From the NCBI RefSeq assembly GCF_009914755.1, contig NC_060932.1: DNA of 64,000 bases; one strand, 5' to 3'. The translations under genes and the position numbers were made by a program. The notes beneath the pieces are model-generated. The model was not told where the DNA came from. It saw only the letters and a list, made by a program, of their open reading frames with translations, and did not search any database. Of this stretch, positions 1 to 14,299 are shown in pieces (the first letter of the stretch is position 1; each line of letters begins with the position of its first letter). This DNA is from the human T2T-CHM13v2.0 reference genome, Homo sapiens.

Positions 1-297
1 ATTCTGCAAAGTGAAATAAGGCCACCATAAAAGGACAAACACTATGTGATTCCACTTACAAAAGGGCCGTGGAGGAGTCAAGTTCATAGAGACATAGTAG
101 AAAGGGGGCTGCCAGGGGCTGGGGCGAGGGGATACGTGGAGTTACTGTTAATATGGCACAGAGTTCCAGTTTTACAAGATAAAAACTTGCAGAAATGACT
201 GATGATGCATTGTGAATGTATTTAATGCCACTGAACTGTACACTTGAAAATGGCTCAGATGGTAAATTTTGTTGTATATACTTTGCCACAATTAAAA
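1..297 (+). mobile_element. Old L1 (L1MB-like) 3' end
   Basis: Typical L1M 3'UTR text (GGACAAACACTATGTGATTCCACTTA...GCCACTGAACTGTACACTTGAAAATGG) ending in ATTAAAA. Confidence 0.8.
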
Positions 298-930
298 CAG
301 TTTTTACAAATACTCTAGATGTTTTTATTTCTTGCTAGCTCTACTACAACTTGAAACACACAAATGAACGAACAAACAAAATCTTTTTCTCTTCCTCACT
401 TAGGACTGTTGCCCAACTTAAAAAACAAAACCACTGCTAATATATCCACACAGGTGACCCATCTGACTTCAAGATATGCCTCTTATCAGTGTCCTGGCCA
501 CGCTGACCAGCTGAGGACCAGTCTCAGATGTCACCTAAAAATACTTTAAAACTGATTACTTGCACTTCTACAGCACAGTATGACCATGACCAGGTACAAA
601 GTTAGTCCTGGTGTTAATGCGCCACAGTGATGCCTGTAATGACAGGGTTTAAAAAGACAACCCCAGTCTCATTAAGGCTGAAATTATTCCAATAAAGGAC
701 CTGTGTGGTATTTTAAGTCAGAAGAGTGCTCTTTCAAATTCCCCATCCTACGACGTCACCTGTGGTCATGGGGCTCACCACCACCTTATAGCAAGGTCAA
801 CAGCCTGGTCCTCCCTTTTGGAGCCCAAGTCCCTAGCCCTGCCATGGACCAGTTAACTTGGGCAAGGTATTTACTCTAAAACCCTATACTGTAAATAGTG
901 TTTATTTTGGTTAGAAAGATGAGGAACAAA

Positions 931-1152
931 CTGGGCGTGGTGGCTCATGCCTGTAATCCCAGCACTTTGGGAAGCGAGCGGATCGCTTGAGTGTGGGAGT
1001 TCAAGACCAGCCTGGGCAACATGGTGATACTGAGACTGAGATGGGAGTGTGGCTTGAGCCTGGAAGGCGGAGGTTTCAGGGAGCTGAGATCTCGCCACTG
1101 CACTCCAACCTGGGCAACAGAGCCAGACCCTGTCTCCAAGAGAAAAAAAAAA
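931..1152 (+). mobile_element. AluJ-like element with internal deletion, inserted in a MIR remnant
   Basis: Left arm joined to the distal right arm with the A-rich linker missing; short A tail; MIR-like sequence at ~850-930 and ~1180-1280. Confidence 0.8.
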
Positions 1153-2080
1153 ATCAGGAACAGCTTTGTGGAAGAAGATACTATGTCATAGGGTTGTTTT
1201 GAGTTAAGAATTAATACATGCCAAGTCTCAGAATAGTGCTTGATGCATATAGTAAGTACGTACTGAATGTTAGATATTAACAGCTTTTTCTGCCTGGCTC
1301 ACTACCTGCCCACAGTGTTGAAGATTTGACTTGGCATTGATGAGGTTCTTCCTCACGAAATTTTCTTCCTTTATATACCTTATCTATTCCTCTTTCCACA
1401 TATATAAATATACAAAACAAACCTTGCTTATGTGTTCAAAATATTAATAAATTCTCCAAATAAAGGTCTAACAATGTTAAAGCAAGTTACAAATATGTCC
1501 CTATGAAATAATTGTTCTCATTGTTGAGTGGAACCAGAAGAAAACTATAGTCACTTTGTAATCTAGTTTTAGGTTGATAATATGCTTGTATAAAAAGGCG
1601 ATCCATATTCAAGAATAAAATTAGGCAAGCTTGTCATCTGAAATACAGTCTGTCTAAAAGTCAAAACATTGTCTAGCACCAAAGAATCTAAAAATGCTTA
1701 TATAAGTTTTTAAGAAAAAATTTCATTATGAAATATCATACATATGTAAGCTTTTGACTGAAAAACGTTCACCACTCTTCAGTTGATGAAGAAAATATTG
1801 AGTATAAATTGTTTATACAACAACCCTTTAAAATCCCCTCACCAAAGATGGACATTAACCAACCATTTCTCATCCTTTCCAAGCAACATTACCAACAAGT
1901 CTTAGTGCACTTGTTACTCTCAGGTCAAAGACCTTTTTTGGTTCCTCTTCATTCATAGAATACATCCCAAACTTTTAAACAAAAAGTATGAAGCCTTGTG
2001 GGTCCAGAAGACTTCTAACCCTGTATGTCATTATTGTATTGTGTTTTAGCCCTGACTTTCATAATGAATTGTTACAACAT

Positions 2081-2383
2081 TTTATTATTTTTATATTTTA
2101 GAGACAAGGTCTTGCTCAGTTGCTCAGGCTGTAGTGCAATAACATGATCATAATGCACTGCAGCCTTGAACTCCTGGGCTGGTGTGCTCCTCCTGCCTCA
2201 GCCTCCCGAGAAGCTGGGACTACAGGTGCAGGCCACCACACCTGGCTAATTTTTATATTTTTTTTGTGGAGATGGGGTCTCAATGTGTTGCCCAGGCTGG
2301 GCTTGAACTCCTGGGCCCAAGCATTCCTCCCACCTGGGCTTTGCAAAGCCCTGGGATTGCAGGTGTGAGCCACTGTGCCGTCC
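2081..2383 (-). mobile_element. AluJ-like SINE
   Basis: Reverse-complement Alu dimer with J-type GCAGCCTTGAACTCCTGGGC. Confidence 0.85.
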
Positions 2384-2469
2384 AGTCATGACAACTTTGT
2401 ATTTCAACCAAATCCTTCTCCTGCCCTGTACTATTTGTCTCCATGCTGTTGCACATGCTGTTTCCTTTA

Positions 2470-2680
2470 CTTGTTCTCCACCAGGGATGATTTTGCTTCC
2501 CCCACCCTTGCAGGGTATGTGGCATGTCTAGGGACTGGTTGTCACAGCTGGAGGGGTGCTACTGGCATCTAGTTGGTAGAGGCCAAGGGTGATACTAAAC
2601 TTACTATGATACCAGGAGAGGCTCTCACCACAAAGAATTTTTTAGTCCAAACATTCCTTGTGCCATGGTTAAGAAACCTG
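2470..2680 (+). mobile_element. MER20 (hAT-Charlie non-autonomous DNA transposon)
   Basis: GGTTGTCACAGCTGGAGGGGTGCTACTGGCATCTAG...CAAAGAATT...GGTTAAGAAACCTG matches the recalled MER20 consensus. Confidence 0.8.
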
Positions 2681-2837
2681 ACCTGGACAGTCATTTCCCC
2701 TGTTCTTTGTTCAGGTTCCAGCCATTCTTTATGCTCTCTTGTTACCTCTTCTGTGAAAGCTGGTTCTGTTCATTCCATCCAGATAATCACTTTTGACTTT
2801 GAATTTTCCCAGACAAAGCACTTTTGTTACTTAATAC

Positions 2838-3156
<319 letters not shown>

Positions 3157-3841
3157 ACTTTTTAAAAAGTCCTGTTTATAATCTGTTTTCTCCCTTGGTA
3201 AACTCCTTTAAGGTAGGCTCCGTATTGATTGATCTTTGTCTCCTGCACAGTAATTTGTATATGGTGGAGAGCATTATCTTTCTGGGTGAACAAACAGTGT
3301 GAAAGTCCTGCAGTGTTGACACCGAGCAGTTGGGCCAAGAGCACCTGAATGATGGTTGGTGAGGACATTGGAAGGTGGAGGAGTCCCCTGATGAAACCTG
3401 AGTTGGGCTTCTGTTGAAGGGTAGGACTGAAACTCTAGTGTTTTGAGGGAGGAGAGACAAGGCTATGTAACTATAAAGAAATGTACTTGTGGACACACAC
3501 ACATGTGCATATCAGGGAAGTATTTAATTCTGATAGTACCTTGAGAATAGCCTCAGCCAACCTGGAGGGACTGGTGGCTCAGATGGTGGTTTTAATTTCT
3601 TGACTTTGAAATGTTAGGTGGACTGAAAGTATGTAGAGGTTTATTTTAATCTGTCTTTTCTGTATGGTGGCTGAAGTCCAGTATTACCCACTAGAAAATT
3701 GTCAGTTAACAGTTACGTAAAGGAATCTACGTGTGTGACAGCTGTCCACCTTGCAGTGGGTCTTCTAGCCAGATGCTTGTTCTTTTTGGGTGACTATACT
3801 CGTTTGGTGCTCACAGAACCGAAACCAATCAAAATGAATTA

Positions 3842-4180
<339 letters not shown>

Positions 4181-4307
4181 TCACTTGATATTTTAGCAGC
4201 TAAGTGCTTTGTCATTGCTTTTGTGAGTTGTATATAGAGCCAACGTTACCTACCATATGTAAAATTAGAAATTTTCTGTTTGATCCAATCTTTCCTCCAT
4301 CCCCCCG

Positions 4308-4420
4308 ATATACATATATATATATATATTTATCTCTGTGTATATATATATATTTGTGTGTATGTGTATATATATATTTGTGTGTGTATATATATATATA
4401 TTTGTGTGTGTGTGTAGTAC

Positions 4421-4457
<37 letters not shown>
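4308..4457. repeat. Compound (TA)n/(TG)n microsatellite
   Basis: Directly visible. Confidence 0.95.
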
Positions 4458-4463
<6 letters not shown>

Positions 4464-5095
4464 TCTCAGATGTTTGGACTTAAAAATTTGGTGTGGTTTT
4501 ATTAGTGATTTCTCCATGGTTAGGACATTTGGTGTCCTTTATTTTGAACCTCAATGTGCATGTACAAAAAGTTCTTTCTGGTTGGAATTCAGGTGGTGCT
4601 CTTTCATAGCCGCTTGATGACCGAAGCCACATAAGACTCATGAGATAATTCATTTTTAATACCTTATGTTTTTTGGCCCATTTGTAGTTTTTAAAGTTTC
4701 TTACTATTATTGATCCTTGAGGTTGCTACAGTTCCATCCGGAGCTGATTGTCTAGAGTAGACAGATTTGTTGTTGAGAGTGCAAAATGACTAGTTTGACT
4801 GGAATGCATATTTGCAGCCAGTTTTCAGTAATTTTACGCTTAGTAGTTTTCATTAAGATAAGCTGTTTCTCCATGGTGTGGTTTCGTGCCTCTTCTGCCT
4901 GGAGTTTGGAAGGCCCGGCTCCTACCCGGTCACTAGGCCCTGCACTCTGCTTTCTGTGCTGTGGCAATCTCCTGCCTCTGTTAGTAAACCAGGTGCGATG
5001 GGATCCGTTTTTTTGGTTGCAGTGGAGAAGGACCTCAGACTTCAGGCTTTCCATGTCAGAAAGGGGCTTAGGTGGAGCAGGACATTAGCTCACTG

Positions 5096-5548
5096 TGTGA
5101 GTTTTCTCCTGGGACTACCATCACAAAGTATTTAATCGCAGGAACTGGGTGGGGTTAAACAACAGAAATGTATTCTCTCAGAGCCTGAGGCTAGAAGTCT
5201 GCAGTCAATGCGTGAGCAGGGCACTGCTCCCCTGAGATTCTGAGCAGGACCATTCCATGCCCCTTCCTAGCTTCTGGGGTGGCAGTCAACCCTTGGGGTT
5301 CCTGGCTTGCAGCCGTCTAACCTCAGCATCTACCTCTGCTGTCACTGGTGTTTTCCCTCTGCGTGTATGTCCAAATTTTCCTCTCCTTATAAGGAAACCG
5401 GTCATGTTGGATTAAGGGCCTTGCCTCACCTTAAGTTACTACATCTACAGTGACCCTATTTCCAAATTCGGTCATGTTCTGAATTTTTGGGGGAGGGGGT
5501 TAGGACTTCCATCTATCTTTTTGGGAGGGAGAATTGAGCCCATAACAC
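5096..5548 (-). mobile_element. MaLR solo LTR (MLT1B/C-like)
   Basis: TTAAACAACAGAAATGTATTCTCTCA, CTTATAAGGA, GACCCTATTTCCAAAT and terminal GCCCATAAC motifs. Confidence 0.8.
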
Positions 5549-7372
5549 TCATGGTCTTTTCTTAGCATAATGGGTTTTGAAACTCTTTTGTAGTTGACCC
5601 AGTGTCAGTATGACTAATAAAAAATGAAGGCAGTTTGCCTCCTTGAAGTTTGAGTGTAGGTAACCCTTAAGATAAGGACATTTTGTGTTTATGAAAATAT
5701 ACTGTAATGCAGGTCATAATGTTGGCAAATCTACAGCTTCGCTATAGGAGAGCAGGAAAGAGTCTTTGTAGCTGTGGGAGGTTACACAGCCTGTTGCACC
5801 TACCTGCGTGCCAAAGCCCGTAGAAGTGTGGTGTGCCCTCGTTTTCCATCATTTCAACCTGGCACATGGTGCTTTTTCTCCATTTCCTTAGTGCCATGGT
5901 CCCAGGCTTTGGAACAAGTTCTCAGATCCTTAGCTTCTCTATCTTTAGAGTGGACACTCTACCTCCCTAGCACAAGGTTTGGATGAGATGACATTGGCGT
6001 CCTGTCACCAGTGCATGCATGTTTGCCCTCTCCTCCCCACCTTCTCTTAGCATTGGCCACGCTGAAAGTGGTTGTCAGTGGCACTGCTGGATTCTGTTGC
6101 TCTGGTGGCAGGGGCATCTTGCTGCCAGGGTGCCAGACTTTGCCCAGCGTCCAGCTACCTAAAAGTCACCAGGAAGACAGCCAGAGGAGGTCTCCTGCTT
6201 GGATTTGGTGGCTTTGCGGGGTGGGGGTTTTCTTTGAGGAAGATACTGCAGATCTAGGGAGATGCCCTAACTGCTGATGGGGCCTAAGAGTCCTCGAGGC
6301 TGTGGCACCATGACACCCAGAGTGGCTGGGGCCGACTTCATCTGCCTCCCACCCTGTACTTGAGTAGTCTTAAAATTTTGGGGGATGAGGAATGCTGTGG
6401 AGCAGTATCTTAATATTTAGGAAAAGAATTTGATGTAAAATCTGGCTTGACATAATTTCTTTAAAAATACATACAAACGTTGCATAAAGGAATATTTTAA
6501 TAAAAACACCAGTTAACCAGTGTATTTGAAACCATTTTTTCCCAAGTATTGGTGTCATGCTTAAGTTTTCTTTTAGGTGACTTTATTTTTGACATAGTAC
6601 ACGTAACAGATCTTCATTTACCATTTATTATATGAGACATACCACTTGACTCAGCTAAACCTCCGTTTCTGATTCTATAAATTGGAAATAAGAGTAACCA
6701 TTTTACTCATCTTAGAAATGGTTATAAAGATCAAAACAAAGGATTTATGCATATGTTGGCTAATTCGAGGAGATAATTTCCTAGGGTTATTACAGTTGTG
6801 AGATTTTTCCGGTTTCAAAATGGGATAATTTGTAAAGGTGTTTTAAAGATGCTAAGCACAGGTCAGTGATGATCATGTCATTTTGGAAACATTCATTATA
6901 CAAGCTGGGAACCTTGTAAAATGAGTTTCACAAGGTCATTTGCTTTACACCCACAGAGTAGTGTATATTGCAACTGATCAGATTCTTAGGGGTCAGAAAT
7001 TAATATTAATTTGTCAGGCTTCAAATGTAAATCAGCATTTCCCTGTTTTTCTTTTGAGAAGACCAAAGTTGCTAACCTGTATTCTTGTTCTTGGATTATG
7101 CTGTTTGTAATAAAAAAAGATGGATCATGATGAATGCTGATTAGCACCTTGGGGACTGTTGACGGACGGATGTGTAGTGTATTTTGGAAGGTATGGTGAC
7201 CACGCTGAGGTATCACTGGGCTAGTAGGAGAAGGAAGCATAGTGTACGGGCTTTAAAAATCATATACTGCCTTCAGAATGAAGTAATTATCTTCAGGTAG
7301 ATAATCAGAAATTAATTGTTTTTGAGGATTTACAGCAGAGAGACCTGAGGAGTAGATTTTGCAAACAGATTC

Positions 7373-7976
<604 letters not shown>

Positions 7977-9531
7977 CAACAAATTCTTTCAGTTTCCTCT
8001 CCCCTGTGATTTTATAAAGTAAATTTTCATGTACCTGTCCTAGAAAGAGGAAAAGGGAACCTAGTAATTCTAAATTACTGTGGAACTTTAGTTAAATACT
8101 GTCTTGTCCAGAAGGCAGACTTGGGGCATTTGAAAAGGTGAAGGGGTCCGTTGATCATCCGTTCTCTTGTGCTTCTCTGGTGCTGTGGATGAGATAATGA
8201 GAAGCCCTCTAGTATGTGCTCCCGAGACTCCAGGTGAGAGCTAGACTTGGAAAGTGCAAAGGGCAGGGCCTCTGTCCTGTAACTGAGCGTGACCTCTGGG
8301 TGGTTGGTAAGTAACCAGAGGAAGACACTTGGTGCTCTTTGTAACAGTCGCAGCCGCTTTGTTCCTTGCCTCACAGGAAAGAACAGAATGTCTAATTATA
8401 ATAATCTTCTAATAATTACAATATTTTGTATTCATTTTCTTTTAAAAATCTGTTTGAGTAACTACTAGCCTTCAGAAGATGCTGGAAAATAGTATTTAGG
8501 CAGCAGCTGGCAGCTCCCAGTGTTGGAGTCGATGCGGTGCTCGGCTCGTAAAGATTTCATTAGCTGGACATACACTCTGATTTCCTTCTTGCTGCACAAG
8601 TACATTCTGTTGAGCAGCTGTTTTGGAAAGGGAGGTACAATAAACACTTCTGCACTTGTTTTAAATACGTGGGTTTTGTTGCAGTGTCGCTTGCCATCTG
8701 GAAGAGAGAGGAGTGAGTGACTTACTGCTTGAGAGGAAGGGTTTGGAATCTCCACGTGTGTTCCTAATGCAATTTGAGGTTCCCTCTCATTTTCATTCAC
8801 TGAGAGGTGATAATCGGCAGCTGTAGTCATTTTGTTTTGTCAGAGCCTTAGCCAGTGTGTTGCATGGATTAATAGAATTAATAGAAATTAATCGAGTTGG
8901 ACCTGATCAGTGGTGGTTTTATTTTTTAAAGCAAATGTACAAAGGAAATACATGATGTTGTCAACAAGTCAGAGAAAAATACAGATATGCATAGAATAAA
9001 TTGTGAAAGTACTCCCCTCATCCCAGAGCACCCGAGGGTAACCCCATCAGCAGTAAGTTGTCATGTTCTTCCCTCTTTTTTTCCCACTGTGTCCCGTCTA
9101 ATAACTAGGTGTCCAAGTGATCTGTGAGCAGAATTCTTTATTCTAGTAGTGACTTGTGGGTGGGTACATACTGGCAGTCACACACTGGTTCTCTTGAGGC
9201 GGCAGTGGCATCAGGGAACTGGTGGGTGGGTTGTGAGCAGAAGAAAACCCTTAAACAGGACCACTGGCCAAAAAGGCTTGCTGTCCAGGTGTAATTGGAA
9301 TCACAGTAACAACTGCTCCCTCACAGTGGGAGTTTCCCATGTACAGGACACCCAACGCTGTGCATGTGTGTCACTCACTGAACTCTCATGGTGACCCCAT
9401 CTTACAGATGTGGAAACCCAAGCACACAGAAGTCAGCAGCTTGTCCAGCATCCTGCCGCGTAATAAAGAGATTCCAGTTTAGTCAGTCTGGCTCCAGAAT
9501 CATGTTCTGACGATGCTGTGCCATCTTGTAG

Positions 9532-9935
<404 letters not shown>

Positions 9936-10603
9936 GGAAGCTGTTATATTTTTAACTCATACCTTTTTGGCCCCCAAATCAGGTAAATGGAAATTATAGA
10001 TCTGTTAATGGCTTAAATACCGGATAATAGATTTTATACAATTGATTGAATGTATAACTTGAAACAGTGTCGCCGCTGCCAGCCTGCCTGCAAGAATCTT
10101 TCTTGTGGTTTTGCTTTGTAAAAGTAAATGTTTTCCCCGTGAATCTTCTGTAGTGTTTTATTCTTGGTGTTTTTCTTTGGGGCCTGCATGCTTTCTGGCC
10201 TTTGCTCCTGCTGAGTAGGCAGACATATCTGGAGAAAACCATGGAGTAAAGGAAAAGCTTTGGAATTTAAAATTGATTTATGTGGAAGCTTTTTCTGTGG
10301 TTGAAAAAAAGTAAAGAAAAACCCTCCTTTCTACATTACCAATTCCCGGCAACAGTAAGCCAAACCTGTTGTATTTGGGAGCAGGCCTGGGTGCATGGAA
10401 ACTGCTCAGAACAGGGAGGTCAATGCCATTATGATAATCCAGTGACTTCCATGGGAAGCCATCATTGAGAAAGGGTACTTGTGCAGATCTAAAATTTGGA
10501 ACAAAACACCCTGAAGATGGCCAAACTGATATAACGTTATGTACCTTGGTGGAGTGTCTTGGTCTGTTTGTGTTGCTTTAAAGGAATACTAGAGACTGGG
10601 TAA

Positions 10604-10900
10604 TTTTGTTTATTTATTTATTTTTGAGACAGGGTCTGTCGACCAGGCTGAAGTGCTGTGGCTTGATCATGGCTTGCCGCAGCCTCGACCTCCCAGGCTC
10701 AGGTGATCCTTCTACCTCAGCCTCCCGAGTAGCTGGGATTACAGGCGTGCACAATAATGCCACGCTAATTTTTGTATTTTTTGTAGAGATGGGTGTTCGC
10801 CATGTTGCCCAGGCTATCTCAAATTCCTGGGCTCAAGCAATCTGCTGGCCTCAGGCTCCCAACGTGCTGGGATTATAGGTCTGAGCCACTGTATCTGGCC
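10604..10900 (-). mobile_element. AluJ-like SINE inside the MST LTR
   Basis: Alu dimer flanked by GAGACTGGGTAA. Confidence 0.85.
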
Positions 10901-10914
10901 TGAGACTGGGTAAC

Positions 10915-11219
10915 TTTTTTTTTTTTCTTATTTTTTGACAGGGGATCTTGCTCTGTCACCCAATCTGGAGTGCAATGGCGTGATGTTGGCTCACTGCATA
11001 CTGTGCCTCCCGGGTTCAAGCGATTCTTTTGCTTCAGCCTCCTGAGTAGCAGGGATTACAGGCACCTGCCACCACGGCTGGCTAAGTTTTGTATTTTTGG
11101 TAGAGATGGGGTTTCACCATGTTTGCCATGCTGGTGTTGAACTCCTGACCTCACATGGTCAGCCCACCTCAGCCTCCCAAAGTGCTGGGATTACAGGCGT
11201 GAGTCACTGCACCTGGCCC
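10915..11219 (-). mobile_element. AluS-like SINE inside the MST LTR
   Basis: Alu dimer flanked by GAGACTGGGTAACTTTT. Confidence 0.85.
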
Positions 11220-12266
11220 GAGACTGGGTAACTTTTAAAGGAAAAAAGTTCATTTGGTTCATGATTTTGCAGGTTGTACAAGAAGCACGGCCCTGGCGTC
11301 TGTTTCCAGTGAGGGCCTCAGGCTGCTTCCACTCATGGCAGAAGGCTAAGAGGGCTTGTGTGTGCAGAGATCACACGGCAAGAAGGAAAGCAGGAGAGAG
11401 CCAGAAGGGCTAGGCTCCTTTTAACAACCAGCTCCCGTGGGGACTAAGAGTAAGAATTCACTCCCTATCCCCAAGGGAATGAATCTATTCATGAGGCATC
11501 TGCCCCCATGACCCAAACACCTCCTGTCAGGCCCCAGTACTGGAGATGAAATTTCAACATGAGATTTGGAGGGGAAAAATATCCAAACTCTATAGCATGG
11601 AGTAATGGCATTGAGAGCTGCAACTCTTAATCTCTGGTAATTAGTGGTTAAGTAGACGACAGGATATTTTTCCTTGGGCATGTTTTGAACTCTGTGTGTG
11701 TGTGTGCAGTCGCACATGCGTGGGTGTGCACTTAATGATAAAAGCAGCACCATTTGTAATGGCAGTTCATGTTACAGAGTGCCTCATATACAGGTCGGCT
11801 GTGTGGTGGACCACACTTCAGCAGATCCTTTCTTTCTTAGCAGTTCTGTCCTTCTACCCAACCAGGCAGTTGACATTTGTGAAAACACAGAGTTTAGGAT
11901 TTCAAGAACAAAGTATATAAAGATGGTGAAACATTTTCTCAGTTCTTTTTCATGATTTCTAAACTAGGAAGAGTCAAGAATTCAAGATTGCTAATCTAAA
12001 TTCTGATGTTGGAGTAGTCATTTGTGAAGGGTGATAGAACAGAGTATCATTCTTAGTTACAACAGCAAAGGTTAATTACCTAGTTACCTAGTTCCTCTGT
12101 AAATTATTTAAAGCTCAGAATATTCTCCAACATTACAAAGACTTAAAAAGCAAAGGAGAATTTTGAGAATGTACTCCATGCACAGATGCTATTGTTGCGC
12201 CCCCTGAGATTTTGCTTCAGTACTTGAGATGTGTATCAGAATGTTGAAGGGCAGCAATGATGTGTA

Positions 12267-12860
12267 ACAGTTTTATTAAGATATAATTAACGTACTACAA
12301 AATTTACCCACTTAGATTGTGCGATTGTTTTTTGTATCTTCACAGAGTTGTGCAACGATTACCACAAATGTGCTAATTTTAGCACATTTTTAATCCTACA
12401 AAAAAGAAACCCTGCATCCATTGTAGTCACTTCTCATTTTCCCTTTCCCAGCCCCTGGGAACTGCTAACCTGTAGTCTGTGTCTGTAGAGTTGCCTAGTC
12501 TGGACATTTCATTAATGAGTCATAGAATGTGGTCTTTTGTGATTAACTTCTTTTACTTTCACATAATGTTACAAGGTTCATCCATGGTATAGCCTGAATC
12601 AATACTTCACTCCTTTTTATGACTGACTAATATTCCATTGGATGGATCTACCACATTTTGTTCATCCTTTTAGTATTTGAGTTGGGAACATTTGGTTGTT
12701 CCCAGTATTTGACTTTTATGAACATAATAAGGCTGCTAGAATTCCTGTAACAAGGCTTTGTGTGGATGTGAGTCTTAATTTTTGTTGGATATATACCTAG
12801 GAGTGGAGCTGCTGGGTCTTATGATAATTCTGTGTTTAACTTTTTGAGGAGCTGCAAAGG
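12267..12860 (-). mobile_element. Old L1 (L1MB-like) 3' fragment
   Basis: CACAGAGTTGTGCAAC, TCTGGACATTTCAT and ATATACCTAGGAGTGGA..TGCTGGGTC motifs. Confidence 0.75.
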
Positions 12861-13065
12861 GCAGCAATTTAGCACTCTGATTTATTCTTTTTTTCAGTAC
12901 AAGACATTATCTAATAACCAGAAACTTGTTCAACTTAGATCTAACGTCAGATCCAGCTAGGAGTTGCAGACTTCCATTTTCAAGTCTCTCCAAGAGAAAT
13001 TTTGTTTTATGTATGTCTATGAGATCACAATGACTGTCCCATCTCTCTCTCTCTTTTCCCCACTT

Positions 13066-13590
13066 TTTTATATTAAAAATTTATTGTAAAATATACGAAC
13101 ACAAAATATACCATTTTAATCATTTAAATTTTTATTGTGTTAAAATATATATAGTGTAAAATTTATCATTTTTACCATTTTTGCACTTGATCTTAGCCAA
13201 AAGGCAAAGAAACAGTTTAATCATTTTAAAGTGTACAGTTCACTGGCATGAGGTAGATTCACAGTGTTGTGCAATTATCACCACTGTCCATTTCCAGAAC
13301 TTTTTCTTCATCCCTAGCAGAAACTCTGTACCCGTTAAATACTAACTTCCCATTTTCTCCTTTCTCCAGCCTCTGATAAACTGTATGCTAATTTCTCTCT
13401 GACTTTGCCTGTTTTAAGTGCCTCATGTAAGTGGAATTGTATGATATTTGTCCTTCTGTATCTGGCTTATTTAACTTAGCATAATGTTTTCAAGGTGTCC
13501 ATGGTCTAACATATATCAGAGTTTTGTTCCTTTTTTTTAAGACCAAATAATATTCCATCCTGTAGATATTTACTACATTTTGTTTGTTGA
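13066..13590 (-). mobile_element. Old L1 (L1MB-like) 3' fragment
   Basis: AAGTGTACAGTTCA, TTTCCAGAACTTTTTC and TGGCTTATTTAACTTAGCATAATGTTTTCAAGG. Confidence 0.75.
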
Positions 13591-13626
13591 TTTCTAGCTT
13601 CAGTGCATCATGGTGGCAAAGTATAC

Positions 13627-14299
13627 TGTTAGAGTGTCACCAATGCACCACAATGTAGCAGTCTCTCATTGTGAGGTAGCACCTGAAGTTCTTTGTCTCA
13701 TGACTAAGAAAATTAAGGAGCATGGACACAAAGGGTGAGCTTGGAGCAAAAGTTTAAAAGTTTAATAAGCAAAAGAAGAAAGCTCTCTGCCTCAGAGAGG
13801 GTGCCTGGAAGAGGGTTGCCAACTATGAGGCTAGATTTGGGGTTTTTATGGACTGGGCAGGGAAGGAATGTGCTGACTGGTCTTGGAGAAAGCCTACTCA
13901 GCTTGGCCTGGGACCACTCAGGAGCTGAAGTGAAAGCTTGGTCCAGGACCTTGGCCTGGGACCTTGTCCTGGGACCAGTCAGAGGCTGAAGCGATGATTC
14001 ATAGAGGCTTGGCAAACAGTCCAAATCATGTCCAAAAAAGGAAAGCAAAGTGCCCACAGGAACCCAACAGAGCCCACTGCGTACATGCCCACAGAAGGAA
14101 AAGAGACTATTTCCTGGAAGCCCACTGGTTATACAAAGAACAAAGGCATTTCTGGGTTGGGCCTTGTTCCTGTATCTGAGTGGGCTGGATGTTTGTGCGA
14201 GTTTTCTTATCTGTGCCTGCAGCCTGATTTTTCAGGCTGTTTCTCTTTTTAAAGGAGTTTTGCCAAGGACCTACCCTAACTACCTAACTTTCTCTATCA
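13627..14299 (-). mobile_element. ERV1-class (MER4-group-like) solo LTR
   Basis: TGT...TCA termini, exact 4-bp TSD ATAC (13623-13626 and 14300-14303), ATTAAA on the minus strand near 13761, internal CTTGGCCTGGGACC repeats; L1 sequence is contiguous across it. Subfamily uncertain. Confidence 0.8.

Larger units (their letters stand above)
10555..11597 (-). mobile_element. MSTB-like MaLR solo LTR interrupted by two Alus
   Basis: TG...CA termini, exact 5-bp TSD TGGAG (10550-10554 and 11598-11602), MST motifs GGCCTCAGG..CTTCCACTCATGGCAGAAGG and TTTCAACATGAGATTTGG. Confidence 0.9.

Noticed and set aside
4204-4617. 137-aa and 101-aa YI/CV-rich ORFs (also at 9483-9819)
   Set aside because: Stop-free reading through TA/TG microsatellites
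13900-13990. Short direct repeats resembling a CRISPR-like array
   Set aside because: Irregular, degenerate and internal to an LTR in a primate genome
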